Position numbers and translations under genes: made by a program. A DNA stretch of 59,134 nt, counting the filler, from Stramenopiles sp. TOSAG23-6 (Eukaryota): NCBI GenBank assembly GCA_900128565.1. It is 4 parts of 4 records of this genome, joined end to end, with 100 filler letters (N's around TTAATTAATTAA, not from the genome) between each part and the next. Parts side by side here need not be neighbours in the genome. Positions count along the whole stretch, not along the records: positions 29,690 to 44,375 come from LT636135.1; positions 44,476 to 59,134 come from LT636136.1; 2 more parts are not named here. One strand, given 5' to 3'. Numbering within the stretch: the stretch's first letter is position 1; every line of letters begins with the position of its first letter. Below the pieces are notes generated by a model. The model did no database searches and was not told the DNA's origin. It saw only the letters and a list, made by a program, of their open reading frames with translations. Below are positions 33,800 through 44,476 of this stretch, one piece after another.

Positions 33800-35186
33800 G
33801 TTTTCATAGGAAATTTTGTACCTAACAAAAATTAATTTTTTTTTTTCAATTTTTTTTTTAAACAATAATGACTGGTACTTGGTCTCCTTGGCTGCCATGT
33901 CGAAAATATGTCGTTGGTGTGAATCCTTTTATATTCTTTAAACGATGGCATTATGCTTCAGAGTTATGGTTACGTGTTACAAAATCTTCTATACAAAATT
34001 TGGTACAAAATGTAAAAAATGTAAAAAATATTGAAAATATTGAAAATATATTACAAAATTCAGAAACTGTTGAACATCATCAATTTAGTACTAGTAATAC
34101 TCGTACTTTTACATCTTTATCAGTGTTACATCAAATGAATCATAATAATAATACTATGAGTGAGATTATATTTACAGTTACAGATGAAGAAATTATTGAA
34201 ATCGGTAACCCTAACCCTAAAAAAATGAAAAAAAATGAAAAAAAAATGAAAAAAAATGAAAAAAAAAATGAAAAAAAAAATGAAAAAATTTTTCAAAATG
34301 TTGACGTTTGTACATTTATTTCCATGTGCGAGCCATCACGTTTAGCATATATTACATCATTAGAAGCTGTTGGATTAAAAATGCATCATTATGGAAAATG
34401 TAATCGAAATGTAAATCTAAACCCTAACCCTACTACGAATGGTAAAACCCCTAACCCTAATGTAAAAAGTGAAAAAGAAGGAAATTCGTATTTGAATGCA
34501 TTTCAACAAAAAATGTCAATTATGTCAAAATATCGATATTCTATTGTATGTACGTTTTCACAATATGAATTTATTAATTTATTTATTTTTTTTCATAGGA
34601 AATGTTGTACCTAACGATTTTTTCATGATTTCGTGTTTTTTTCACAATACATTTGAATCCATTGAAAAATTTGATTACATGTCTGAAAAAATTTGGCATG
34701 CTTTTGCTGCTGATACTATACCTATTTATAGAGGAGCACCAAATATTGAAGAATTTTTACCTTGTACGTTTTTTTTATCTTTTTAATGAAAAATCATTTA
34801 AAAAAAAAAAAAATTCAAAAAAAATTTAAAATTTTTTTTTTGTTGTTGTTGTACCAAATATAATAATAGTATTCAATAAGTCCAAGTATTTTTTTTTCTT
34901 CAAATATATATCATTTGAAATTACATTGTTTTTTCAATTTTAATTTTAATTTTTTTTTTTTTTAGTACGAATTTTCGTACCTAACAAGTTCAATATGTTT
35001 ATATTTTTTTTTTAGTACGAATTTTCGTACCTAACAAGTTCAATATATAGATTATATTTTCACATTATAAATGCACAAATTGTGTCTTATTTGTGAAAGA
35101 TTTTACATCTCCTGAGGCTTTAGCATCAGCTATTTCATTTAGAGTAGCCAAAATATTACATAGAGAAAATGAATTTATTACTTTTC

Positions 35187-35226
<40 letters not shown>

Positions 35227-35829
35227 TTTTTTTTTTCGTAAAAAAAAATATATATTGCCATTCAAATAGAATACTCTGCAATGATGAGATGGAAAACAAA
35301 ACATTTTCAACTTGAATCTCAATTATTAGTACAAAAATTAAATAATGAATTTTATAGAAAGCAGTGAATGTTTTATTTTTTTTTAACAAAAAAATCGATT
35401 TTTTTTTTATAGTAAATTTTGTACCTAACAAATTTTTTTATGATTTTTTTTGAAATATTTTTCCAAAAGACATGGGCTCAAGAAATGATTCTTGAATTGC
35501 AAAATTTGTTAAAAAACAATGAAATTTCTAAAAAAAAATCTGAAAATATTTTTGATGAATTAAACATCATTATAACTCAGACTAACCCTAACCCTAATTG
35601 GAGTGTGAGTAGCGTCTTGGAAAATTTTATACAAAATTTTGTTTTCATTCAACCAAAACCAAAATTAAGACAAAAATTTCTATATTATCTTCAATATTGT
35701 GAGAACAACCATCAACTTCAACAAGGTTGTATCATGTACATTTCCAAAATTAATTTTTTTTTTTTTTTTTTTTACCAAATTTACTACGAAAAAAAAATTT
35801 TTAATTTTTTTTTTTTTTTTTTACAAAAA

Positions 35830-35871
<42 letters not shown>

Positions 35872-36096
35872 ATTTCAAATGTCTGAAAAAAAAATATAAT
35901 GAAAATGTTTTATAATTGTGGCTAATTTTATTTTTACATTTTTCTAGAAACATTTCAATTTATTTTTACATTTTTCTAGTAATATTTCATTCAATACAGG
36001 TGTGAAAAAGTACAAAAGATGCGGCGATTTAGTGTTGACACAGTAGAAAATCTAAATGATTCAGACTTTCTTCCAGAACAGTCTCGAGAGGTCTAA
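31057..36096 (+). CDS. Multi-exon secreted/membrane protein: WSC-like region + GT10 alpha-1,3-fucosyltransferase domain (about 9 introns, one poly-A frameshift near 32630)
   Basis: YVGCFAD...GGPGVMSVF (WSC-like); ADVVVF; spliced KYRYSIVFESIEKFDYMSEKIWHAFAADTIPIYRGAPN (alpha-1,3-FucT motif) and VKDFTSPEALA. Confidence 0.72.
31684..31871 (+). other. Non-canonical intron, probably GT-TT (188 nt)
   Basis: AT|GTAAGTTTC...TTCGTACAAAATTTTATACCTAAA...CTTACAATATTT|. Confidence 0.6.
32115..32314 (+). other. Non-canonical intron GT-AT (200 nt)
   Basis: CA|GTATGTTC...TTGTACCTAAC...GTACAACACAT|; in frame. Confidence 0.68.
33060..33218 (+). other. Non-canonical intron GT-AT (159 nt) with duplicated core block
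   Basis: AT|GTATGTTTT; TATAGTAAATTTTGTACCTAAAC twice; GAAAATACAT|. Confidence 0.8.
33657..33867 (+). other. Non-canonical intron with two core motifs (3' boundary uncertain)
   Basis: |GTTTGTTTTTC...TTTGTACCTAAC x2...AAACAATA. Confidence 0.55.
34550..34652 (+). other. Non-canonical intron GT-AT (103 nt) inside the FucT motif
   Basis: AT|GTACGTTTTC...GTTGTACCTAAC...CACAATACAT|; restores SIVFES. Confidence 0.88.
34764..35072 (+). other. Expanded non-canonical intron GT-AT (309 nt)
   Basis: TT|GTACGTTTT; tandem TTAGTACGAATTTTCGTACCTAACAAGTTCAATAT x2; CACATTATAAAT|; gives LPCTNCVLFVKDF. Confidence 0.72.
35736..35999 (+). other. Family intron ending in AG (GT-AG, 264 nt)
   Basis: AT|GTACATTTCC...TTCAATACAG|G; gives GCIMCEKVQ. 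Confidence 0.7.
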
Positions 36097-36313
36097 ATAT
36101 TAAATATTTTTGAATAGTTTTTGAATAGTTTTTCATGAAACAGAATAAAAAAAAAAGATACCTAGTAGAATTATATTTATTTTAAACTTTAAACAGGTTT
36201 ATGTATAATTATTAATTAAGTATGTGCATAACATTTTGAAAACTTTATCATTTACAAATGAAGAAGTTACATCCGTGATGAAGTAAAAACGTATCCCAGA
36301 TCGTTTGATACTT

Positions 36314-37792
36314 TTATATTGGAAAGTCCATATAAACACCGTCAGCAATCTCGAAATCGATGTTGCTGAAACCCCATGCAAAAGCATTGTAAATCTGTTG
36401 AGCAATTGATGCTTTATCAACAACTGGTGCTACTGGTTCAGGTCTATCAAAACCACGAAAACCTCGTTCAGGGTGTGGTTCTGGCTCTAGCTCTGGTTGT
36501 AGTACATGATGTTGCACGCGTTGCACGACGGACCAGCCTTCGTCGTCAGTAACAACATTAACATCTCTAGCTTCCCTTACATCCTTACATACGTCGTCGT
36601 TGTCCAGAGCAGCATGTGTGTTTCCTTGGCTCAAAGAAGTCCTTCCCTTAAAGGAGGGAAATCTCACATCTTGAAAATGATCAGCCGCAAATTCAATGTT
36701 GACCCAAGGGCTTTCCGATCGATCGTACCTGTCGGTGTCAAAATCAGCAATAACATTAGCAAGGTTCGCAAATTCGTTTCCGAGTACATGTCCAAAAAGT
36801 GTTTTCAAGATTCCACCATGTGCAACAATAATTGCTTCAACCGGGTCTTTATCGGTTCGACTGGCACGTTCATGACCTTTTAGAAAAGCAGCTAAACGGT
36901 CCTCAAATTTCATGAGGCGTGTACACACTGATTCTGGTAATTCCTTTGAACCGCGTTTAATATTGTCCTCGTTATATTCTTGCAAAGGCCAATCGTTACC
37001 AAGCGCGGCCAACCTAGATTGAAAGTTAACCAAGGCATCTTCATTATACTCTGGATTGCGTTGGCGAAGTTTATCAATAAGCGTTATACCTACTGCTGGT
37101 GGGTATGCATAATCAGAGTGAGTTGTGTACACCTCGTGAATATCCTTCTCAGGAATGAAACTAGTTTTATTACTTCCAAAGAGACTCAAGGCGGTTTGGA
37201 TACAACGTCTCAGTGGACTGACTATTATCGGAGTCGATTCATTTTGAAACCATATATGAAACTTTAAAGCAGTTGCTAATTGCGTTGCTGTTTCCATACC
37301 ATTTACCGAGAGTAGAGCATCGCGACTTGCATAGCTTATCTCTCGCTCAAATGCAGGACACATGGTTTTGCTCGACGGGGTATCTGGCATAGCCGGTGTT
37401 AATACGTTTGTAAACTTTGTAAAGACGCCTGAGTAAGCTCCCTGCATTCCATCAAAGAAAGCTGCAGAAGTGTTCATGACGGAATCCTTAACAGCAACAC
37501 TTTGTTGGAAAGTTTTGATGATGTTAGTAGCCGTAGTGCTGGGCATTTGATCAATTGTCTGTACTCCCGGGTATTTTTTTGTATCGCTTAACAAGTTTTC
37601 TTCAATGCAAAGAGTCGATGAATCTTCACAACAGACTTTGTTGTATTCACTGGCGAAATTCAAAGGCGCTGACTGGGCTACGTTGTTTAATGATTCACCA
37701 TGGCGGATAAACATAAATTTTCCCCGCACAGCTTCAACATTAAGTAGAGTGATGCCATAAATAAAACCAATAAAAACGAGAGAATTTCTCAT
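36314..37792 (-). CDS. Secreted histidine phosphatase (phosphoglycerate mutase-like) family protein
   Basis: Signal peptide from MRNSLV; FIRHGES, VSPLRRCIQTA, IVAHGG. Confidence 0.85.
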   Translation of the reverse strand: MRNSLVFIGFIYGITLLNVEAVRGKFMFIRHGESLNNVAQSAPLNFASEYNKVCCEDSSTLCIEENLLSDTKKYPGVQTIDQMPSTTATNIIKTFQQSVAVKDSVMNTSAAFFDGMQGAYSGVFTKFTNVLTPAMPDTPSSKTMCPAFEREISYASRDALLSVNGMETATQLATALKFHIWFQNESTPIIVSPLRRCIQTALSLFGSNKTSFIPEKDIHEVYTTHSDYAYPPAVGITLIDKLRQRNPEYNEDALVNFQSRLAALGNDWPLQEYNEDNIKRGSKELPESVCTRLMKFEDRLAAFLKGHERASRTDKDPVEAIIVAHGGILKTLFGHVLGNEFANLANVIADFDTDRYDRSESPWVNIEFAADHFQDVRFPSFKGRTSLSQGNTHAALDNDDVCKDVREARDVNVVTDDEGWSVVQRVQHHVLQPELEPEPHPERGFRGFDRPEPVAPVVDKASIAQQIYNAFAWGFSNIDFEIADGVYMDFPI

Positions 37793-38123
37793 TGTTAGTT
37801 TCTCAAAGTGTATACAAAGGGTACTACTAGTACATACCCGCAAATGACCATTGCGGTTATATTCTTTTTCGCTGTTCATTTTTCCGAGGAACTCATACAA
37901 ACCTGTCGACTTAGCTACGGGTACACACAAACACACAAGGTACAAACAATATAAATAATATAGTAGCTATTAGCTACCTAGACTAGATGTAAACAGGTAT
38001 TATACATGTAGTTTCCATACCATTTCCCCTTACATTCAACTGTATAATATGTATAGCAAAGCTTTGCAGGTTTCAAATAATTTATTTAGATGTGAAAAAA
38101 TATAATGAAATCAACGTGATTAT

Positions 38124-38459
38124 CTATACAACATTAACTTCTTTATTAGAAAGTAAAGCAACTATATCCTCTTTTTCATCATCATAGTCAAACAGTTCAA
38201 GTACCTTGTTCATATGTGTGGATTTATCTGTGCATACTGAGAGGAGAACTGCAGCAATTTCTTTCCTTTGTTTTCCTTTCACGGCTGACTTGTTCAAAAT
38301 AACTTTTAACAACTTCTTTGCTTGTTGGCAAGTCAACAAATGCGTACGAGCAACATTTTTTACAAGACGAACTGCGTCCTTTCCACCACCGATATTCTTT
38401 AGCATAGACACAGTGTTTGGAACTTCTTCATCGGGTAGTGCAACTCGCTTTGTTTCCAT
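38124..38459 (-). CDS. Small hypothetical helical protein
   Basis: 111-aa ATG ORF (LTCQQAKKLL...). Confidence 0.55.
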   Translation of the reverse strand: METKRVALPDEEVPNTVSMLKNIGGGKDAVRLVKNVARTHLLTCQQAKKLLKVILNKSAVKGKQRKEIAAVLLSVCTDKSTHMNKVLELFDYDDEKEDIVALLSNKEVNVV

Positions 38460-38713
38460 AATTATGTCGATCTACACTAGACCTACTCTTGAAATTTGAA
38501 AATGAATCTCTCGCTTGAGATTTCCTTTCGTTCGAATATTTTTTGCTATTCTTTTTGATGTCCGATGGTCAAAAGTCAAAAAAACCAAAAAAAAATATTT
38601 TTTTTCGAGATCGATCATTTTTTCCAAAGTTGTTGAGAAAGAAGAAACTATTCAATTTCAATTCTTATAAACACATCAAAGTGGGAAAAAGTTTAAAATA
38701 CACAAACCATATA

Positions 38714-39205
38714 ATGACCAAGCATGGTTATATTCTTCCTCGTGTTCATTTCCACAGAGTATTAGCGTATAGTACAAAAGCTGTTGTCTGTATCCTCGCT
38801 ATTGAGCACTTTTATTATGCCTGGATCTTTTGGTATTTTAGTTCATCAGTTTCAAACAAACAATTTCGAATTCCAGCCGGAGATTTACAGGAGATAAAAT
38901 ACAGTAAAGCAGGTGTCTGGGCTAAAGGTATGTCAAAGCAAGTAGCATTGCTTAACTTCGGAATTAGTGTCAGTTTGATTTTGGCATGCTTTTATTACAA
39001 ACATGAAGCAGGTGTTCATGCAATGCTGTTGTTTACAATTCTCGCAACAGTTTGTAATTTTTCAACTACTCAACATTTATCATTTGATTTGGGCGCAAAG
39101 CGGTCATGGCTTTCGTTAATCACGCTACTATTATTATTATTACATGTATTCATAGAGAGTATTAGCATTCATACTGGCACAAAAGCAATTCCAAGGCAGC
39201 ATTAA
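38714..39205 (+). CDS. Small four-TM membrane protein (possibly DUF1304-like)
   Basis: ILAIEHFYYAW followed by several hydrophobic helices. Confidence 0.5.
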   Translation: MTKHGYILPRVHFHRVLAYSTKAVVCILAIEHFYYAWIFWYFSSSVSNKQFRIPAGDLQEIKYSKAGVWAKGMSKQVALLNFGISVSLILACFYYKHEAGVHAMLLFTILATVCNFSTTQHLSFDLGAKRSWLSLITLLLLLLHVFIESISIHTGTKAIPRQH

Positions 39206-39671
39206 ATTAGGGTTAGGGTTACGGAGAAATTTTGAAAATTGTACCAAAAAAAAAGTACGAAATTTCGTACCAAAATTTGTACTGTAGTATAAAAGTTCCT
39301 TTTTTTATGAAATTACATTAAACTATTGGACTAGAGAAAATATACAATAGATAAAAATGATGTAAGACATTTTATGGAAATGAAAAAGAAGTAGAAAAAA
39401 AATGCTACTCTTTTGGTCTGTATGGTGACTTACCTATACGTAGTNCCTAGCTAGGGTTAGGGGATGCAACAAATTATAAATTAGAGTTATCGGAGATTTT
39501 TTTGAATTTTTTTTCTGAATTTTTCAAAATTCAAAAATGTAGAGAAGTCGCAATTTTCTTTTTCTGCTGCTATACGTACTGTTTTGTGTACAATTTTACT
39601 CCTCCCAGGGCTCAACAACCTTGCTCATATAAATATATATATATATATTGAACATTGATAGTAATCAAAGA

Positions 39672-39946
39672 ATGATAAAAGTATATTTGTTTGTTGTATT
39701 TCAATTGTTATGTATTGTTCAATCTATAGGAGTAAATTCTTCACCTATACCAATCAATTTATCCTCCTCTCCAGCATTTTCTCTTCTTATGACAGGAGAG
39801 CTCGTTGATAAAGCAAAAGAACCTAAAGAATCGTCTCATACAAATCAAATTGGTCAAATGTCTTTTTCTTCCTCGTTATCATCGAATCCGTCAATTTCTC
39901 CAGCCTCTGTACCAGAAAACAACACACCAACCACGGTACCAACAAT

Positions 39947-39979
<33 letters not shown>

Positions 39980-40631
39980 GTCAAAAGCTACACAATCTGA
40001 AGTTGAACCTCAACAACAACAACAATATCAACAACAACAATATCAAAAACAACCAAAAGACTCAAAAGACTTAAAAGACTCAAAAGACTCAAAAGACTTA
40101 AAAAACACAAAAGACTCAAAAGACTTAAAAGACTTAAAAGACTCAAAAGACTCAAAAGACTCAAAAGACTTAAAAGACTTAAAAGACTTAAAAGACATAA
40201 AAGACTTAAAAGACTTAAAAGACTTAAAAGACTTAAAAGACTTAAAAGACTTAAAAAACACAAAAGACACGATTGTACTAGATGATACACGAAATATTGA
40301 AGAAAGTTTTACTGATTTAACAACAGAACTTTTTAACAATATTGAATATAAATTGACAGAGATAAAAAACAATATAACATCTCTATTGAGATCGTATACT
40401 ACTACTACTACTAATAATAATGGTACAAATACTACTACTATTATTACTACTACTACTAATAACATAAATAATTTGAAGAGCAAAAATATTTCAACAAACC
40501 CTAACCCTAATGGTGTCAAACAAGTGAAAAACGCGAAAAAGAAAATTGATGATTTGCGTCAACTGCAAACTCGTTTAAAAATGATCAAAGCCCGACAAAG
40601 TATACGTAATATTCACGAATATTCATCCTAA
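39672..40631 (+). CDS. Secreted low-complexity protein with poly-Q and (KDL/KDS)n repeats
   Basis: Signal-like MIKVYLFVVFQLLCIVQS; 9-nt repeat AAAGACTYA at 40056-40268. Confidence 0.6.
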
Positions 40632-41376
40632 TCCTATAACATTGACCAATTTCAAAATTCATTTCAAAATTCATTTTGAAATTTTATATGTAGTATACAC
40701 TATAGTAGTATACTTGGTTTTTTTTATTTTATTTGTTTTGGAGAAACAACAAAAATAATACCAAAAATGATACAAAAAAAAAAAAAAAAAAAATTGAAAT
40801 TTTTTTTTTGAAATTTTTTTTTNNNNNNNNNNNNNNNNNNNNNNNNNNNNNNNNNNNNNNNNNNNNNNNNNNNNNNNNNNNNNNNNNNNNNNNNNNNNNN
40901 NNNNNNNNNNNNNNNNNNNNNNNNNNNNNNNNNNNNNNNNNNNNNNNNNNNNNNNNNNNNNNNNNNNNNNAAAAAAAAAGGTGGGTAAAAAATTTTTTAC
41001 CAAAAAAAAAAAAAAAAAAAAAAAATTTATAACAAAAATTATTCATAAATTTTTTTTTTTGTACCTAACTATTTTTTTCCTAACCCTAATATATTTGTAT
41101 ACAATCTATGGTGGAGTCTGTTGTACATATTGAAATGAATAAACGTGGTAGTGTGTACAGAGGATATGTTGACGATGCGATCAATGAAGCTGTCAAAAAA
41201 ACAAAATTTATTCTTGAAAAAATTATTTCTAATCGAATTAAAAAAAATCTTTGAAAAATTCTGAATTTTTTTTTATTTTTTTTTCAAAAAAAAATTATAA
41301 TTTGGTAAAAATCCTACTAAAAATCCTAAAAATCCTAAAAAAAACATTTCAACACCTCAATAGTTGAACTACATTA

Positions 41377-43482
41377 TTATTCGATTACACTACAATTTGA
41401 AATTGTAACGGATCTTTTTTCTTCAATTGATTTTTGTGCAGCAACACCAATTAACACAGCTAATGCCCCATCAGATGCTGTCACTTCACTTTTTTCATTT
41501 AATTCAATTGAATGTATAAAATGTTCTAATTCATAATAAGTGCTACCTTCATGAAACCCTGCATCAAGAATATGTTGAGGAACAGAAATGTATTGTAGAA
41601 AAATATTTCAAAAAAAAAAATTCTGAAAAAATATTTCAAAAAAAAAATTCTGAAAAAAAAATCGAATTCTGAAAAAAAAAAATTGAAAAAAAATAAAATA
41701 TACATGCGTTCACCAATAATGATAGGTGGTGTATTAGGGTTAGGGTTTGATACAATGGTTTGGTTTGTTTGTTTTTCTTCTTTTTCTTGTTCAATCGTAC
41801 TAGGGTTAGGGTTATTTGAAGAAATCGTTTCTACGTCGGCAAGATGTAAATGGTTGATATCATTAGGGTTAGGGTTGATATCATTAGGGTTAGGGTTAAT
41901 ACCAAATGATTTTTTATTCTGTTTATTTCGTTTTTTTTCTGTTTGTACCATTTTTTCTATACCTTTTGTAGTTTTTACTACTATCTCTGGTGGTAATGGT
42001 GGCGTCTGCAATACATCTTTACTTATATTTCTCTTTCCAATGTAAAAATTTGGTTCATTTTTAATTTCAGTCTCTCCATGTATTGTGAAAAAATTTTATT
42101 TATTTTTTTTTTTTTCGTAAAAAAAAATCGTTAGGTACAAAATTTCGTACGAAAAAAAAATCGAATTTCAANNNNNNNNNNNNNNNNNNNNNNNNNNNNN
42201 NNNNNCGAAATTGAAAAAAAAAAAAATACATACGAACCACCAAATGCTTCAATTTTGCCTAACTCGCCTACAACACAAATTTCTTCCTGGTTTCGTGAGA
42301 CTTCTGCAAACATACACAAATCAAGATGAGCTCGTGTACCATTTTCATACTCTACAATTACATATAAATTGACAAAAAAATATCTAAACGTTGAAAATTT
42401 GTTAGAAAAAAAAATTTGAAAAAAAAAATTTGAAAAAAAAATTTGAAAAAAAAAATTTCAAATTTTTTTTTAAATAATGACGTCATACAAGCATTGTCTA
42501 ATATGTTTGGGATTCCAGAATGGATCCCGGTACCAACGTCGTGTACTTCACTTGATGTATATGTTTCATTTTTATGATTTATAGCTTGACTACCTGATGC
42601 GTATACTCGAATTGGTTTGTGTTTAATTCTTTATTATGTAAGAAAATTTCAATTTTTTTTTTTTTTTTTCGTAAAAAAAATATTTGTTAGGTACAAAATT
42701 TCGTATGAAAAAAAAAAAAAAAAAAAAAAATTAAAAATTATTATGAAAAAAAAAATACATTCTATTAAACAAATCAAAAAAATGACAACATTTTTCAACT
42801 AATGTACCCCCCGTATTTTTTGCAAATCTATTCCAATTACCTACTTTTTTTAAAAATGGAAATCGATGTTCTCGAATGCTAATCATATTTGTGTGATAAT
42901 ATTGTGTATATATTGTACTAGGGTTAGGGTGTATTGCAAATTTTGTTTAAAAAAAAAAATAAAAAATAAAAAATAAAAAAAAGGTTAGGTACAAAATTTA
43001 CTATGAAAAAAAATTGTGAAAACAAACATGTGAACTTTACCTATTGATCCTGAGTCAACCTCTTTGATTAATCGTGCAATGGATGGCATATACCGATACT
43101 CCATGCCTACCCAAAATACACCAGTATAATTCTCAACACGTTTTTGAATATCATTTACATGCTCGATGGTGGTACACATGGGCTTTTCAACAAGAATGTG
43201 TTTTCCTGTAGAAATGCAATCTAAAAGTACTTTATAATGGTGACAGTTTGGCGTACATATAATTACTGCTTCAACCGAAGTATCGTTCAAGAGTTCATGA
43301 TAATCTGTGTACACGGTCGGGTGTTGACAACCTACAACATTATATATAGTAGACATTGCATGTTGAATAGAGGGGTCGTTTGTGTCAGCCATTGCAACAA
43401 CAGAATGATCTTTGAAGAGTAAAATATTCCGCATGTGCTCATGTCCCATGGCGCCACAGCCAATTATACCAAACTTTACCAT
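41377..43482 (-). CDS. Gfo/Idh/MocA family oxidoreductase, 6 exons
   Basis: [24 protein letters not shown]; spliced [57 protein letters not shown]. Confidence 0.9.
41588..41703 (-). other. Non-canonical intron GT-AT (116 nt)
   Basis: AT|GTATATTTT...TTCTACAATACAT|T; restores ERISVPQ. Confidence 0.8.
42078..42229 (-). other. Non-canonical intron GT-AT (contains Ns)
   Basis: AT|GTATTTTT...TTTCGTACGAAATTTTGTACCTAAC...CACAATACAT|. Confidence 0.78.
42364..42488 (-). other. Non-canonical intron GT-AT (125 nt, degenerate)
   Basis: TT|GTATGACG...TTTTCTAAC...GTCAATTTAT|AT; restores DNAYVIV. Confidence 0.78.
42626..42758 (-). other. Non-canonical intron GT-AT (133 nt)
   Basis: AGAAT|GTATTTTT...CATACGAAATTTTGTACCTAAC...AAAGAAT|; 5-nt junction repeat AGAAT. 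Confidence 0.72.
42885..43027 (-). other. Non-canonical intron GT-AT (143 nt) containing a telomeric dimer
   Basis: AT|GTTTGTTTTC...TTTTGTACCTAAC...ACCCTAACCCTAG...CACAAATAT|G; restores VHMISIREH. Confidence 0.82.
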
Positions 43483-43819
43483 AATAAGACGTATGTAGTA
43501 GTGGGTTGTATACTGTTAAAATTTGTACTATATATAAATAAATACGTAGTATGATGATAATGACATTAATATAATATATATACACGTAGGAATGATTGTC
43601 GAAAAAATCATCGCGATATATTTTTTATGATGGATGATGGATGTCAAAAATTAAATTCCTAAATTGGTTGTTGGGGGGGGGAAATTGTTTTTTTTTCAAA
43701 ATTATTCAAATATTTTTGAATTCAGAATCTTGTGCGCGTCGTCGTCGTTCCGGCCTTTTTATACATATACGAATTTAACTCTACAACTTCACATTATTGT
43801 GTGGAAATAACACCAAGCA

Positions 43820-44331
43820 ATGAGAAAATTGAATCTATTTATTACAATAGCTTTGGTATTGATTCAAGGATGTGTATCTCGACTATTACTACGAAGAAAC
43901 CGAAGAAACACAATTGATTTATCACACCTTGGACAACTCGGAAAAAAAACGGTAAAAACAGCAACGGGGCAAAAAACAACGTCAAAGTTTTATCCTGGAA
44001 TGATGGGCATGGGACCCTTTGGTGCGGGAGAACACGGCGTTGGACCATTACTTGGTATGATGGGAATGGGTTTAGGCATTGGCGCGCATCCTGGAATGAT
44101 GGGAATGGGAGGATATCCTGGAATGTATATGCCAATGATGGGCGGTATGTACCAACCAATGATGGGCGGTATGGCTATGGGAGGCTACGGAAATGTTGGA
44201 GGTATCGGAGCACCAAACGGATCGAATATGCTAAGAAGGATGTCTCAAGGGTTTGGAAGTGGTTTGGGATATGGTGGATATGGTGGTAGCCCATATCAAT
44301 TACCATTCTTCCCTGGTGGATTTGGTTATAT
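43820..44331 (+). CDS. Secreted Gly/Met-rich low-complexity protein, first exon (3' part in gap)
   Basis: Signal peptide; GMMGMG repeats; followed by family donor AT|GTACGTTTT at 44332. Confidence 0.65.
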
Positions 44332-44476
44332 GTACGTTTTTTTTTTTTTTTTTTTTAAAATTTTTTTTTTTTTTTNNNNNNNNNNNNNNNNNNNNNNNNN
44401 NNNNNNNNNNNNNNNNNNNTTAATTAATTAANNNNNNNNNNNNNNNNNNNNNNNNNNNNNNNNNNNNNNNNNNNNA

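Noticed and set aside
39805-40519. Antisense and alternative-frame ORFs over 9-nt repeats (also 1245-1718 and 48605-49510)
   Set aside because: Shadow ORFs caused by low-complexity coding repeats
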